Shown one piece after another: positions 1 to 13,555 of a DNA stretch of 64,000 bases (within the stretch, counting starts at the first letter, position 1; the number at the start of each line of letters is the position of its first letter). Both the position numbers and the translations under genes were made by a program. This DNA is from Lingula anatina. Its lineage: Eukaryota > Animalia > Brachiopoda. Below the pieces are notes generated by a model. It had not been told where the DNA came from. It saw nothing but the letters and a program-made list of their open reading frames with translations, and searched no databases. The DNA lies in the NCBI GenBank assembly GCA_051362555.1, contig CM120649.1:5952001-6016000 (forward strand), given 5' to 3'.

Positions 1-429
1 ATTGCATAAATTCAATAATAAATGATAACCCAATTGACCTGGCTTTCTAACTTGAACTGCATGCCAATCCTAAAATCATACTTGTAAGTTAAAAATAATA
101 ATAAGTAACACTAATGTTTGCAGTAGCAATGCAAAAATATTGTTGTCAATTTTGATGTAACATTACATAATAAATTATACAATAATTATCACCAATTTTT
201 GATTTAATATTGACAATAAATAGCATGGACATGTAGAAAATTTGATTACCATTCGGCTTCATGTCCATGGGAGCTCCGAGTCCCACAATGAATATGCCAA
301 AAAGATAATGAATATTTCACTCAAATGTATAACTTCCAGAAAAAGAAACCAATTAGACTGCTTTTCCAACTCATTCTGCATTTTAGTCCTGTGTTTGTTT
401 TTTTTAAAGGTTTGACAGTCATAACACAG

Positions 430-1310
430 TTTTCCCATAATGGTCATCATGGCAGCAGCACCAAAAATTGTGTTTTCTTCTATTTTGATGCAACATTACA
501 TAATGATTAACAGCATAATGACCATCAATTTTTAATAATAGAATAAAAGTAACATGGACATTCAGAAAACGTGACAAGCAAAGTTCTTCAGGATCATGGA
601 ACTTTAAAGTCACACCTTGAAAATGCCAATATGTGAAAAATTAAATTTTCACAAAAAACTGTTTAACTGCCAGAAAAAATTACCAAACAGACTGCATTGC
701 CTACTGAAGCTGTATTTCAGCCCTATGTTTCTTTCCTGTAATTTTGAAAACAGTAAGTGACATGGTTTTTCTTAAATGGTCATCATGAGAGCAGTGCCCA
801 AAATAGGTGTTTCTTCAAATTTTGATGCAATATTACATAATGTTTAACAGCATAATGACCATCAATTTTTAATTATAGAATATTAGTAACATGAACATTC
901 AGAAAACGTGACTAGCAAAGGTCTGCAGGCTCATGGAACTTCAAAGTCACACCTTGAAAATGCCAATATGTGAAAAATTAAATTTTCACAAAAAACTGTT
1001 TAACTGCCAGAATAAATTACCAAACAGACTGCATTGCCTACTGAAGCTGTATTTCAGCCCTATGTTTCTTTCCTGTAAGTTTGAAAGCAGTAAGTGACAT
1101 GGTTTTTCTTAAATGGTCATCATGGGAGCAGTGCCCAAAATAGGGGTTTCTTCAAATTTTGATGCAATATTACATAATGTTTAACAGCATTATGACCATC
1201 AATTTTTAATCATAAAATATTAGTATAATGGATATTCAGAAAATGTGACTAGCAAAGGTCTGCAGGCTCATGGAACTTCAAAGTCACATCTTAAAAATGC
1301 CAAAATGTAA
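430..1310. repeat. Tandem repeat, ~337-bp unit, ~2.6 copies
   Basis: Motifs ggtcatcatg and cataatgaccatcaatttttaat recur about 337 bp apart (~442, ~778, ~1116). Confidence 0.85.
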
Positions 1311-1709
1311 ACAAGACAGCACTGTTCTGAAATGTTTTATTTCCATTTTTAACACTTTTTTTAACATAAAACAAAATAAACAGTTTGTTGCCATTTTTAT
1401 ATGACCAACTAAGAAAATTGATGAGATGGGAAAAATTTCAATAGAACAGTGTTAAATGTCCAATTTCCTCCATTCTGAAATTCTGAACATAGTGGATGAT
1501 TGAATCTGACAAACTGCAATGATATGAGTTTATTTCCATTTTAGACACTTTATTACACAATACACGATAAAAAGTTTACCATCGTTTTTACATAATCAAT
1601 TAACAATGTTGTAAAGATGCAGGAAATATCAAACAAACACTTTTACTTATCTTATTATTTAAATAATGAGACTGTTAACATGCCTAAGAATTGAATCTGA
1701 GAAAATGTG

Positions 1710-2330
1710 AAAAAACAGCATAACTTCTAAAATAAAGGCCCGATTATGCTGATTTTCGAACTCAACCTGCGTTTTAGTTAGTTTGACTACTCCTGTGAGT
1801 ATAATGACAATTGGCCTATCTGTTTTACTTATATTGTGTTATCAGTGTTGCATATATGCTGAAAAAAGTGAAAAAAACAGCATAAATTCCCTTAAAATAA
1901 CCCAAGGATGCTGATTTTCGAACTTCACCTGCATATTATGAATATTCATCAGTTCTGTAAGTTTCAAACCAAAAGGTAAAATGGTTTTCCACTTATCATG
2001 TTATCGGGGTTGCATATATGCTGAAAAAAGTGAAAAAACAGCATAAATTCCCTAAAAATGACCCCATCATGCTGATTTTTGAACTTGACCTGCATATTAT
2101 GAATATTCATCAGTTCTGTCAGTTTCAATCCAAAAGGTAAAATGGTTTTCCACTTATCGTGTTATCGGTGCTGTATATATGCTGAAAAAAGTGAAAAAAC
2201 AGCATAAATTCCCTAAAATGACCCAATCATGCTGATTTTCGAACTTGACCTGCGTATTATGAATATTCATCAGTTCTGTAAGTTTCAAGCCAAAAGGTAA
2301 AACCATTTTCCACTTATCGTGTTATCGGTA
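1710..2330. repeat. Tandem repeat, ~160-bp unit, ~4 copies
   Basis: aaaaaacagcataa...atgctgattttcgaact recurs at ~1711, ~1873, ~2034, ~2194. Confidence 0.85.
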
Positions 2331-2581
2331 AAAGTGCACGCCAACGGCAACGGCGACGACAGACGCAGGTGACGGCTATATGTACAGACACATCTGTGTC
2401 TGTACATAAAAAAAAAAAAAAAAAAAAAAAATTTGACTTAAAAGCATCCTGCACTGATGTCTCTGGAATCGGCATTTCCAATCAATTTCAATTTTCAAAA
2501 GTGGCCCAATTTGCATTAGGTACCCCCCCCCCCTCACACACACACACACGAAAAACCCACATAAGCACATACACACAAAGA

Positions 2582-2740
2582 GTGTGTTCAGCACAGATGA
2601 TCCGAGGACAAACTGATCCACTGACTAAATATGGTTGACCCCACTTAAAAAGTGACACTGCTAATCAGCTTTTTAATAGGGGTCGGCAATATTTAGTTGG
2701 CAGATCAGTTAGTTCGCAGATCATCTGTTCTGAAAGTGCT
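2582..2740. mobile_element. Degenerate MITE-like inverted repeat
   Basis: ttcagcacagatgatc...aactgatc...actaaatat...gacccc pairs imperfectly with ggggtc...atatttagt...gatcagtt...gatcatctgttctgaa. Confidence 0.55.
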
Positions 2741-3147
2741 CAAAAACACCACACCTTGAGGGTTCATTATTTGTTTTGCACTGGTGCAAATTGCTACAAA
2801 TTCCCGACTTGTCCAAAATTTCAATTATCAACCACAAATAACACCTTCACTAAAATGTATATATATATGTGGATGCCAATATTCTGCTCTATTTCTGGTC
2901 TACTATCACTGTGTACATACAGCATGGTGGCAATGGAGTCAATCTGTGGTCAGATATCTCAGAATCAGGACAGCTGGGACAGCAGTGATAACTGAGGATA
3001 TCCCAGCCACTACATGAGCCAGCCCACAAAACAACTATCAAGAGTGATAAAAAATATATATCATTTCTAGACAGACTCATTTCTAAACTGTCCCTGCACT
3101 CGAGTTCAATATACTGTTTAAAATGAACTAATATAGTTATAAATGAC

Positions 3148-3300
3148 ATTCAGAACAGTGCACTAACTAGTCCAAGGGCCAAATATAGCAGTTTCATTTC
3201 AATCTATTCAGTGTCTATCAAGGGATTGGACGGTAAGCTTTTTAGTGGGTCTCCATGTTTGACCTGGGGACTAGTTAGTCCACTGTTCAGAATGCGGCCA
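3148..3300. mobile_element. MITE-like inverted repeat
   Basis: cattcagaacagtgcactaactagtcc pairs with ggactagttagtccactgttcagaatg. Confidence 0.55.
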
Positions 3301-3626
3301 ATGTTTTTCATCATGTTTAGATAGCCATGTATCCCTACATACATTTTAGTGGGAAATATCAAAATAAATTAGGTGTTTACAAGTAGATCTATGGGGTACC
3401 TTAATTTGTATAATGGTCTGAATTGGGAAATGTATTTTATAAGTAGCTTTGCAACATAAGATGACACATAAAATATGACTTCAGGACAGTAGTATGTATT
3501 ATTATATACATTATAGGCATATAGTAGGTATTTAAGGGCACATTCAGCACAAGTTGATCCTGAGACTAACAGATCTGGGGATCAAATATAGCCGACTTAC
3601 TTGAAAGCTTGCTACATGATCCCCTA

Positions 3627-3966
3627 CACTAGTGGGCTAGATTTGGTCTTAAAGTGCAATTTAAGAACACAAATGATCTTACACGATCTTAATCATTACA
3701 GCAGTAGTCTTAAAATGGACTGAATCTGCTTTTAAGATCAAAAATGATCTAACATCTACTTAAGTGGTCAAGCAGTTTCCTCCCCTCACAATGGGGGATA
3801 CCTCCCCTCACAACAGAGGACACCTCTGCTCACAATCCGAGAATGTGTAAGGGGAGACAACTTAATTGGCTGTCAGACCAGAAATAGTCTTACTCATGGT
3901 TTTAGATCATGTAAGACTATTTGTGAACTTAAATTGCACTTTAAGACCAAATCAAGCCCACTAGTG
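3627..3966. mobile_element. MITE with ~60-bp TIRs, apparently nested in an older element (~3538-4065)
   Basis: cactagtgggctagatttggtcttaaagtgcaatttaag pairs with cttaaattgcactttaagaccaaatcaagcccactagtg; the flanks cttgaaagct / agctttcaag are also inverted. Confidence 0.7.
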
Positions 3967-5099
3967 CTAACAGACAATGAATAAATTCCAAAAGGGGATA
4001 ACACGTTTAGCTTTCAAGTGGGTCAGCCATATGTAATCCACGAATCTTTTGCGAATGCGGCCTAAGATAAGGCTAGTCCTCTAACTCAGGATGCATTTTT
4101 TAAACACAGAACAACCATGAAATAATTTTGATGCAAAAAATTTCGGGGGAAAAAAACCTACTAAATGCATCACCACTCATGAGTGAGAAATATGTATGCA
4201 AAATAATGATTAATGTCTTTGGCACTAAAAATCACTTTTTCATACAGTACTACTTGTTTTTGGTGTCAAGAAATGCTATGAGACACAGCATGCATTATTT
4301 ATAACTGCAATGAATCATAATTTGTCATGCTTTGATTCAGTGAGTGTAGGCTTGCAAATACCCCATACGCACGTCATAATTTCCATTTTTAACCCTGAAA
4401 GTTTTTAAAGATCAGTTCTCCTCCAAAGAATTACTTTTTTTCTATCAAACCAACCAAAATTAGTATTTACAATATTTCCAAGAATTTGAAAAATAAGAGA
4501 GAAAAAGAGAAAGAGAGAGGGCATATTATCAGAACTTCTCAATAAAATCCACACTAAGCATGTTATGAGACAGAGCAGTGCTCACTTTCATTCCAGCTGA
4601 AAACTAACACCAGTAATTGGAAAGCAACATGTGGCAACCTATTCATGCTACCAATTCCCACAGAAAAGCAATAACCACAGCAGTTTATGGACATTAACAG
4701 TCATAAAACTGAGCCACTGTGCATTGGATTTCTGCTCCTGATACTAAATCTCGAGAGACAAGAAAGCAATTTTAATATTCCTTCAAGATTTACAATATTT
4801 CCAAGATCTCGCTGGAGATCATCAGCCATAGATCGTTTAAGATTATTTTTAACCCCCCTCCCAGCTCAGGACACTTAGAAAAAGTTGGACACCCTAAAAT
4901 TTCAAAGGAAATTACAGATGGTAATTTTGGATGTCCTGTACCACAATCCTGGAAAAGCCTTGTTATAGAACAATAATACTGGCATGACTCATTCCGAGTT
5001 CCAATACGTATTAGAAAGAGACAGAGCCCAATGACTCATGTCAAATGAGACACAGGATATTGATATCAATAGAACATACCACGCGACACAAAAATAACA

Positions 5100-5365
5100 A
5101 ATACGGTATTGACTATATCTTTTCAATGGGCAAAAATTATCGAACTTTCAGATACATCATTTTAAAATCATAAAAATTATAATTTTTTGTAGCAATTATT
5201 GTGATTTAATGCATAGAATAGAACTGTAAGGTAGTCTGCTTTTAAATTTTGTTGTAACCACTCAATAGGAATGCTCGTATTTTAAGAAATTAAAACTTTA
5301 GAAATACAGTATCTGTAAAATTCATAATTTTTCCCCATTGAAAAGATCGAGTCATTACCATAAAT
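5100..5365. mobile_element. MITE-like inverted repeat
   Basis: ggtattgactatatcttttcaatgggcaaaaattat pairs with ataatttttccccattgaaaagatcgagtcattacc. Confidence 0.6.
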
Positions 5366-7239
5366 AGCAGACCAGACATGCCTGTCTTTTCGCATCACTG
5401 GATACTATATATGTACAAGTATAAAAATAACAGTTCCTGGTTGATTAAAAAACACTTTCACAGCAGGCTGAACTTTATGACTGTATTCAACTTGATGAGT
5501 CTTTGTTTTCCTAATTTCTTACAAAAATTAAACAGAAATGTCTTCTGCCTTTTGTAGTAACAGGTTGCAACTTTTGAGATCAGTTTCTCTGTTATTCAGT
5601 GTGGAAATCTTGTTCTAAAGACAAATGAATAAAATACACTGTTATTCAAATAACTAAATTTAGTGCATAGATGTTTGTCTACACTAGTAGTCATATCCAT
5701 ATTGATAGTATATATTAACTTGTGTTGGTGCTCGAAGTGTAGGTTTGATTACACAAGGGCAACTTTAGACTGGAAATATGAGGCAAACTGTGGTCTCACC
5801 ACTATCACAACCTCTGCATAGAAAGTACACACAGCATCTTTATATTTTTGTCATTCTTTTTTTTATAATTATCTGTATCATTATTGCTTGATCTATTCCT
5901 TATTTAGTACTTCATCATTGTATTATTATTTTTCTTTCTTTTATTGGGGGGGGGGGGGGGTAGGGGGGGGGGAGAACCAGTTTAATTTTTTACTTAATCC
6001 ATAATATCAACCTCATGAATAAAATACCAAAATACTATATATATATTCTAATGCCAAAGTAAATTAATTACCTTTAGTGATAGAAAAAATATTTCCTATT
6101 TCAACATAACTGAGCTTACTGAATATACAGATTGACTCACTGTGTTTACTGAAATTTAACCACTTTGTCTATGGAACACATGAAATATTTTGCTGTTTAA
6201 TAAAATAAAAGTTTTAAAGTTTGTTAATGGCTAAATTTATCCAGTTATTATACAAAGACCCTAAGAAGAATCCCATTTGTTCATTTTTGTGCATTTTAGT
6301 ACAGGTTTCAGTTTCAGGTGATACCGTACATTAACACATGTACAAGAAGAACTTGAACACAAAGACTGATACATCAATAGATAAGAAAAGTACTGATGTT
6401 CATCAAAGAACGGTTGAGAGCACTGCTCCATATGGTCTCCTGTTTATAAGGTAGATAGTTACAGCTTGATAAACATATGACAAACACAAATCATAAACTG
6501 CAATTAACCTTTTTTTTTTCAACAAAAGCTCTGGACACTTGGACAAAGTCAGCTGCAGATGCTAAATGAACAACTCATAAATTATATTATTGTGCTAACA
6601 GAATGATGATGGTCTCTCAGGGGTTTTCAATTTTCATTTTTCTCTTTTCCCCATGGCTTTGTGTGCTCAAATACTACAGCATTTGTCTATGTCCTATCCT
6701 TCAATTAACTTCATAATTATACTTAATGCCTGTCATCTCTTAAAGTGTAGTTGACATATTGTACATAACTGGCACTATAAAACTTGGTGTCCACCATATC
6801 AAACTCAGCTCTGCCAGATAAAAAAAAATCTCATTAATGACCAAAAAAAAAAAAAAACAAAAAAAAAATGACAGTGACAAAAAGAAACCATTTTATTTTT
6901 CTTCTGCCTTATTCCTGTTAAATAAACCACACACAACTGTCAAGGGACTGCTGGTATCCGCAAAATGAAATCACAGAAAAACTTTCTTTAGCACAGTGCA
7001 AGGTAGAACAGACACAATTCTGGATAGTTAGAATATTCAGCGTCTAAATTTGGACCAGCGGCACTGGGCAATGTAAACAAGAACGTGAAATCCTTCACGA
7101 CATCACAAAACTGGTGCATTGCACGCGATCTATGCCGCCTGCGTCTATCTAACCATTTAGTATTCATTTCACTGTGAATATTAACAATTTCCATCTTGCA
7201 AAATATTCTACAAAGGCCATATTCAATCAGGAAACTTAC

Positions 7240-7285
7240 CGATTTTTACCCGCAGTGTCTCTTGGATCCGCACTCCCCCCTCCAT
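7240..7285 (-). other. Candidate first exon of a gene divergent from PIN4
   Basis: ATG at 7285 (MEGGVRIQETLRVKI) ends at a consensus G|GTAAGT donor, ~145 bp from the PIN4 ATG in a CpG-richer patch. No downstream exons identified. Confidence 0.3.
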
Positions 7286-7428
7286 CTTCCGTTTCCTTCT
7301 AAATCTCGCGCTAGTCTTCGAGAATAAAACATGACCTTTGTTTGACGACCTTCACCCAATTTCAACAAACGTGGGCTGAACAGCTACATTTCCAACAAAT
7401 GTTGTTAAATTGAACAATTGCAAACAGA

Positions 7429-8866
7429 ATGCCTAAAAATAAAGGAGGTGGAGGGAAAGGGGGAGGAGGAAAGGGGGCGGAGAAGGAAAGTAGCGGCGCA
7501 GAAGGCGGAAAAGGGAAGCAATCAAAAGGAGGAACGGCAGTTAAAGTACGAAGAATAACTCATTCAATTTTCATTCAATTTTCTGATCACTAAGCCTTGG
7601 TTTGAGTATTTTCTGTATCTTTGCTATGTTTTTTTTTTTACGTTTTCTGTGTCAAGTGTTGGTGCATTATTAACATCAGATGTTGGTGAAATTTTAGTAT
7701 AATGATGTTGACATCAAGAATGATATGGAATGGTAGAAATTAAGGAACTGCTGTAAAATTAAGTTTCATCCTAGCTGTTTTCCTAATTTATGTCAAACAT
7801 TTCTCCACTGCAATTCAAGGTGCGGCATATTCTCTGTGAAAAGCAGTCTAAAGTACTGGAAGCCATGGAGAAGCTTAAATCAGGGATGAAGTTTAACGAG
7901 GTGGCTGCACAATACAGTGAAGATAAAGCCAGATCAGGGGTAAAATTGCTCTTCCTATCATATTTTTGATTAATGATATAAAATAAAGAAATCATGCAGG
8001 ATAAGATTTAAATTGTGTTTAAAATTGGTCTTCAAGGACTAACAATAAACAAAATTGATTCAAAAGAATATTTGATTTGAGTTTGAATCCAGAATTTTAT
8101 GTGCTTATAGTCACCTTAGAAGTGGAATTGCACCCTTCAAACAAAGCAGTTCAAACATTTTCAGTTGAGGTTAATAACAACTACCAGTCAATTCTGAATG
8201 TTTAAAATGAGATTTATATGTGATGTATACTATCAGGTTACCTGTGGATCAAGAGGGCTGACTTAATCCTCATGAATGTCAGTTCTCTGCTCTTTTGGCT
8301 ATTTAGTTACTATCATAAAGGGACAATTAATTTTCATCATATCTGATCACTTAGGCCGTATTCAGATTCACACAGCTGCTGAGTTGTTCTAACTCTGCAG
8401 GAGATTCTAGCTAAAGTGCAATCAGTGGCTTTATTGTCTGACAAGCCTCCTCAAACAGCACAAGAAAGTTAATTACCCCCTAGCTGCCCAAGGAGGTGTG
8501 TCACTCTTTTAAGCAGATTTTACATGCAATGTTGGACTGATCCAACTAGTACAATGTAACTATCTAAATCCTCCCTTAAATTACGTTTTATTATTATTAT
8601 TATTATTATTATTATCATTATTATTATTGTTGTTGTTGTTGTTGTTGTTGTTGTTATTATTATTATTATTATTATTATCAATTATAGAATAAATGTACCT
8701 TTCTCAGGGTGACCTAGGCTGGATGACCAGGGGAAGCATGGTGGGACCATTCCAGGAGGCAGCCTTTGCTCTTCAAGTCAGTAATCTACAGAACCCAGTT
8801 TACACCGATCCTCCCGTGAAGACAAAGTTTGGGTATCACATCATCATGGTGGAGGGCAAGAAGTAG
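7429..8866 (+). CDS. PIN4: Parvulin-type peptidyl-prolyl cis-trans isomerase PIN4/Par14, 131 aa; exons 7429-7545, 7820-7939, 8708-8866
   Basis: Spliced translation [12 protein letters not shown]...AVK|[40 protein letters not shown]|[20 protein letters not shown]...[19 protein letters not shown]; GT-AG phase-0 introns; matches the Par14 sequence pattern. Confidence 0.97.
8588..8680. repeat. Compound (TTA)n(TTG)n(TTA)n microsatellite in PIN4 intron 2
   Basis: Direct reading. Confidence 0.95.
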
Positions 8867-10474
8867 GTCATGGTGACCTAAATTCTAGCAGCAGTGGAAG
8901 CCTATGAAAAGAAGGGCTGTGAACTGGAATGTTTTTTTTACAGAAAAGGGAATGCCAGTTGATGAGGTTTGGAACGGAAAATGGAGTTATATTTTTGTGA
9001 TGTTCACTATTATTGGTTTTTAAGTGAGAATGTCATGAGAAATATTAGGAATGTTTTAGAGGATGGTTAAAGACCTGCCATCACCAAATGACATCATTTA
9101 TGTAAGTGGCATTAAATCTGGAACCTGTATTGCCAACTTTTTTGTAAAACGATACTAAACTGTTGCTGGTCCGGAGTGAGGGGGGTGGTGGGGGTGGGGG
9201 GGTGGAGAGGGGGGGGGGAGGGTGAGCATGGTGATGATTTTACATGTTTCTAATATTTTCCCTGTTCAAGTGGTCATTTTTATCATTACAAGATGACTGT
9301 CATTCCATTGTTCATAATGTAATCAAAGTAACTTAAAATGCATTCATTTACTGTTAGGTATACAGTACGGTATGTTTGGAGTCTCCCACCCTTGCGAAAG
9401 AAAAATTCCTTGTTTTCATTGCACATGTAAAACAAGTATTTTCCACCCAGAATGGTTTTTAGCTGGTGTTGACATAGACACTGAACTGATCATTCAAATA
9501 GGAAGAAATAAGTGAAACTGTTTTGATTCCATTTGGAATATACTCATGTCTATATGCAGCATATTGTCAGGTTGTTATTAATGCGATTTTCCTTTTCTTT
9601 TGATTACTTAGGAAAAAGAAACTTCACATTTAAATGAAACTATGGAGTGACAGTCCCTATAGGGTTTGTTGACAGTTTCGCTTTGTGTTTAGAAGTTTCG
9701 GGAAACTCATTTTTAATAAAGCTTGGTGTGTAAAGTGAAGTTTAAATTATTTAACAGGAAAATAAACTAACATATTTTTACTTGGATGACTTTATGCCAT
9801 TGATTGGTTATTACTCCATGTAGAAAAGAATTTGGTAATAAAATGAAAAAAGGGCCAGGTTAAGAAAAAATATTATGAAATTAAATTCTTCACATCCTTC
9901 ACAATTTTAGAAGTGGTCTCTCGGCCGAGGTATATAAAGGGCAAATGTCAAGTTGCAGTACCCTAAAATCATTTGTATTTTTAAATACAAAATTTATTGT
10001 TTAAAGTCAATTCACTATTTACTAATGTACATGAAAAATATATTTTATTCAAGTAAAACTGTCATATTTGTACAAAAATATGAGACCAGTAGTTTATATT
10101 AAAGTAAACGGTCACCTTCAATGTAAGAGGAAACAAGTGGATATTATAAGCATCAAGTTGCCTCTGTTGTTTTCAGTGATAATTATCTGTTATCGTAAGC
10201 AGCAAAGGCATACTGTTGACAGGGGCAAAATTTTATTGTTCTCTGAAGCTTGTGGTGCAGTGTATCAAAAATTGATTAAAAGCATAACAGCTGTTCATTT
10301 TGGCCAAAAAAATGAATTTTCCTGGGGTAAAGGACAATTTTCCCATATTTACCAATGGTTAATGAAGCCATTTCTACCTTCAAAGTTAGTCCCTGTTTAA
10401 AAAAAATTTTTTACAATAATCTCTTAAGAGTTTATTACAGTGTATAGCCATCTCTGTAGGTCACGTGGCCCGAT

Positions 10475-10610
10475 GACAAGCACAGATTTCAGAATAATTG
10501 CTATAACTGCCGCTTTTGTAGTAAAATAGGATATATTGTATTTCTAAGAGTTGTTTACAATGTCTTTATTGTAAAATATAGGTCTCATATGAAGAGTTGT
10601 TATCCCATTA
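10475..10610 (+). repeat. Dispersed repeat family copy (others at ~17770-17885 and ~39670-39810)
   Basis: Shared gacaagcacagattt...ctgccg...gttgtttacaatg...gaagagtt(a/g)ttat motifs. Confidence 0.6.
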
Positions 10611-12213
10611 ATTTAAATCAAAATTATGGCAGGTAATACGGAAAGGATCCAGGTCAAATATCACATACAAAACTAAAAACGATTTGTGATGTGGCGGCAC
10701 TGAAGGTCGTGTTGAATGCCTTGTTTCTAGACCAATGAAATACAACCCCTGAGGTCAATTTCAAGACAAAATTGATAAAATAATAATAATAATAAATAAA
10801 TAAATAAATAAAATCAGACTAAGCTTTTTGGGTTATGTGTTGTTCAAAAATTGTCCCAAACTTTGAACTAAGAAATTTAGTAATACAGTCTAGCTTGACA
10901 GGCGATTTACCAGTTGCAGTCTACCTAAATAAAGAACTGTCCAAAATACTAATTTATTATCACTTGAGAAACAGTCCCGTTATCCTTCTAACATGTTATA
11001 CCACTCATGCTCCCTAGGTAAAATTTTTCCACTTGAAACTGGTTCCCGTTTTTAAATGTTGGTATACATGTGTATGTTATCACAAATGCGCAAGCCCAGG
11101 AGTTTCTGGTATCTACAATACAGTTGGAATGATATGGCACAAATGTGGAAAAATGTGGCCCTTGTATTGAACCACTAACCACTATTCATGATCATGGAAG
11201 ACTTGTGTAGCATATATGTTTCCTTGCATTTGTAAGTGAATGAAACGCATAAGTCCATATACAGATGTTATACATGTACATTTTCCACTGTACAGGATAC
11301 CATGTACTTTGTACAAAAATATTATCAAACTAGTAGAAAAAAGTTGCCTCTGTATAGGTATAACCATATGTACAACATACTCAATAAAATGCACTACGGG
11401 GACATAAATTTAGGTAATCTTCATAGAGCATAGGTGTAACAAAAATATTCCTCCATCCACGAAAAAAAATTAGATGAAAAAACACTACCAATATACGTGC
11501 ATTATCAACATAATGTAACACACGCGTACCCAGAGATTCAGTTCCGTTGCCTGTCATTTTCTTTATTTTCGAATCTGCATCTTTTCACGCTCATCCAATG
11601 TAGATATACAAATGAAGAAAGTAACTCACATTGGATGTAAAGCTCGGGGTACACACGTTGCGCTCCTTAAGATTTATGCCAAGTGAATATTAGAAAATGT
11701 GAAAAAAGCCATAAAACTAACCTACTTTAAAAACAATAAAATCGTTTTAAAAACGCAACAAAAACGCAAAAAGCACACTTTTCACACCCTAAAACTGCTC
11801 TTACTACGTAAGATTTTCTAATTCATATTTTTGTAACGTCACTTGTGAACAGTATGACGTCACCATTTTTAAATGACTGTTTGCTTCACAAAGTGAAAAA
11901 TGAAATGGGCGAGTTCAATAAATCATGCCTTATATTATATTCTTTTCCTGGACTCTCCACCGTGATACCGGAGCTATAACTAAAATAATTAGCAGACGAT
12001 CAAACAACATTTTCGAAATTACAAGGTGCGATTGTGGTCGTCAACTGACGTCAGTTAGTTTATTTCCTTTTCCACTTAGTCCGGTCCTGAAATAAGCCGA
12101 TCCCGACATGAAACTCCATGCAGACGCTCTGGAATTGACGCGTCGAACTTTCCTGGAATAACTCCGAATGTCTAAGATCTGCTTGTCGTACGTATCCCTT
12201 GCATCCACCCTCT

Positions 12214-13555
12214 TCAGTCAGTCGTTTTAGGACATAAACAGCTACAGCAGCCAGCGGAAGGTTTCTTCGGAGGTGACGGATTCCCGCTGGGATTACCACC
12301 GGGATTTCTAGAAGATGGGGTGTCCGGTGACGATGCAGGACTTCCCGTGTCGCCCGTGGTCGCGGCGGTGTCGTCCGCGGGCGACCACCACCACAGCTTT
12401 ATTTCATTCGCCATAGCGCGTGTGATCCTGCACGCGGAGTTCTCTCTGTTGCCGCCGTACGCGTGAATACCGACCACTTTCCAGTTATATACATTCCAAG
12501 TCCATACCGGGCTACCGCTGTTCCCTGCGGTTGTGTCTGTGGTATAACCGAACATACGGGAAGACACGCCCTCCACCATCCCGCCACCAATCCACATCGT
12601 CGAGTCAGGTTTGTCGCCTGGGAAACCGCACACGTGCACAACGCGGCGACGGAATTCGGAATCCGAAAGAAATTCGGAGCCGAAGCCGTAACCGACATCC
12701 GACGGAATGGTAGCCCTTATACTGGAATCTTTGACGAAAATGGCGCCATAATCATCGTCGGGCAGCTCCTTCTCCACATAAGCTTGGCTTACGCGGAAGC
12801 TATCCTTTGAAACAGTGAACTGTCCGAAGGGAGCGCTTGCCCCGTCTCGTGCTGGTATCACAGTGACGCTTTTCATGTACCCGCCGTGTTTTCGAGAATA
12901 AAGATTGTGTCCGCATGTGAGAATCACGAACCTATACCCTGGACCTAAAATGTTACTGAAAAATCCAGTCCCTCGGAAATATTTTCCGTTGGCGGTTTGA
13001 ATATGTAAGTAGCACACCCAGCGGTATGGAGGTGATTTTGTAGGGCTAACTCTAAGGCGGTCATCGACCCCAATGACGTTCTCGGGAACCGGAGATGTCG
13101 GCGTGCTTGTTGAACTCGTAGAGCTCGTGGTGCGTGTTTTTTTCGCGCTGTCGATAGGTTTTAGGTTATTCACTTTCACCGTTTTGCTTCCGCCGAAATC
13201 AACTGTTACGTCATCTGTGACGTCAGCTGGCGGAGCGGGTCGAATGGTATTTGGATCTGGAAATATGACATAATTTTCATTCATTTTCAATCATTGTGCC
13301 TTAATTTTAAATAAGCTCTGACAAAATGTTTAGGAGAGAGAGAGAGAGAGAGAGAGAGATGTCAAAAAAAAAAAAAATACTACAAGCACATGTCCTATTA
13401 AAACGACCGTTCGTTTCTTCATGCAATTAACAGTGACAGCGTGAAATGGTGAAATGGAACCCCCCATTCTGCTATTTCCAACACATACCGTCATCCCGGT
13501 GAACCCAAGGGGTGCTCTCCGTCTCCTTTACATCCACTCGTATGTCTGACTCGGA
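12214..13555 (-). CDS. V8-like glutamyl endopeptidase (S1B-type serine protease) paralog A; exons 13489-13555 and 12214-13256; start codon upstream, not resolved
   Basis: Triad TCGH / DDYGA / GNSGSP; S1 His in VGIH; N-terminal motif E-NVIGVDDR..PYRW. Upstream exon SESDIRVDVKETESTPWVHRDD joins in frame via a phase-1 GT-AG intron. Pro/Ser-rich tail ends GCCSCLCPKTTD. Confidence 0.85.

Larger units (their letters stand above)
1..2430 (+). mobile_element. Non-autonomous Helentron/HINE-like element with internal tandem arrays (5' end probably outside the window)
   Basis: ~337-bp tandem units (~430-1310) and ~160-bp units (~1710-2330), then short GAC/GGC-rich repeats, a perfect 14-bp-stem hairpin tatgtacagacaca-tc-tgtgtctgtacata (2379-2408) and poly-A. 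This matches the architecture of HINE/pearl-like elements. Confidence 0.6.

Noticed and set aside
430-2330. Regularly spaced repeats as a CRISPR-like array
   Set aside because: Whole units are repeated with no unique spacers; eukaryotic context and no cas genes.
12214-13256. Bacterial contamination or misassembly of the GC-rich protease exon
   Set aside because: It is joined to an upstream exon by a GT-AG intron and has two intron-containing paralogs nearby.
13257-13290. MKMNENYVIFP as the start of protease A
   Set aside because: Lies in an intron ending tttccag; an in-frame upstream exon exists.
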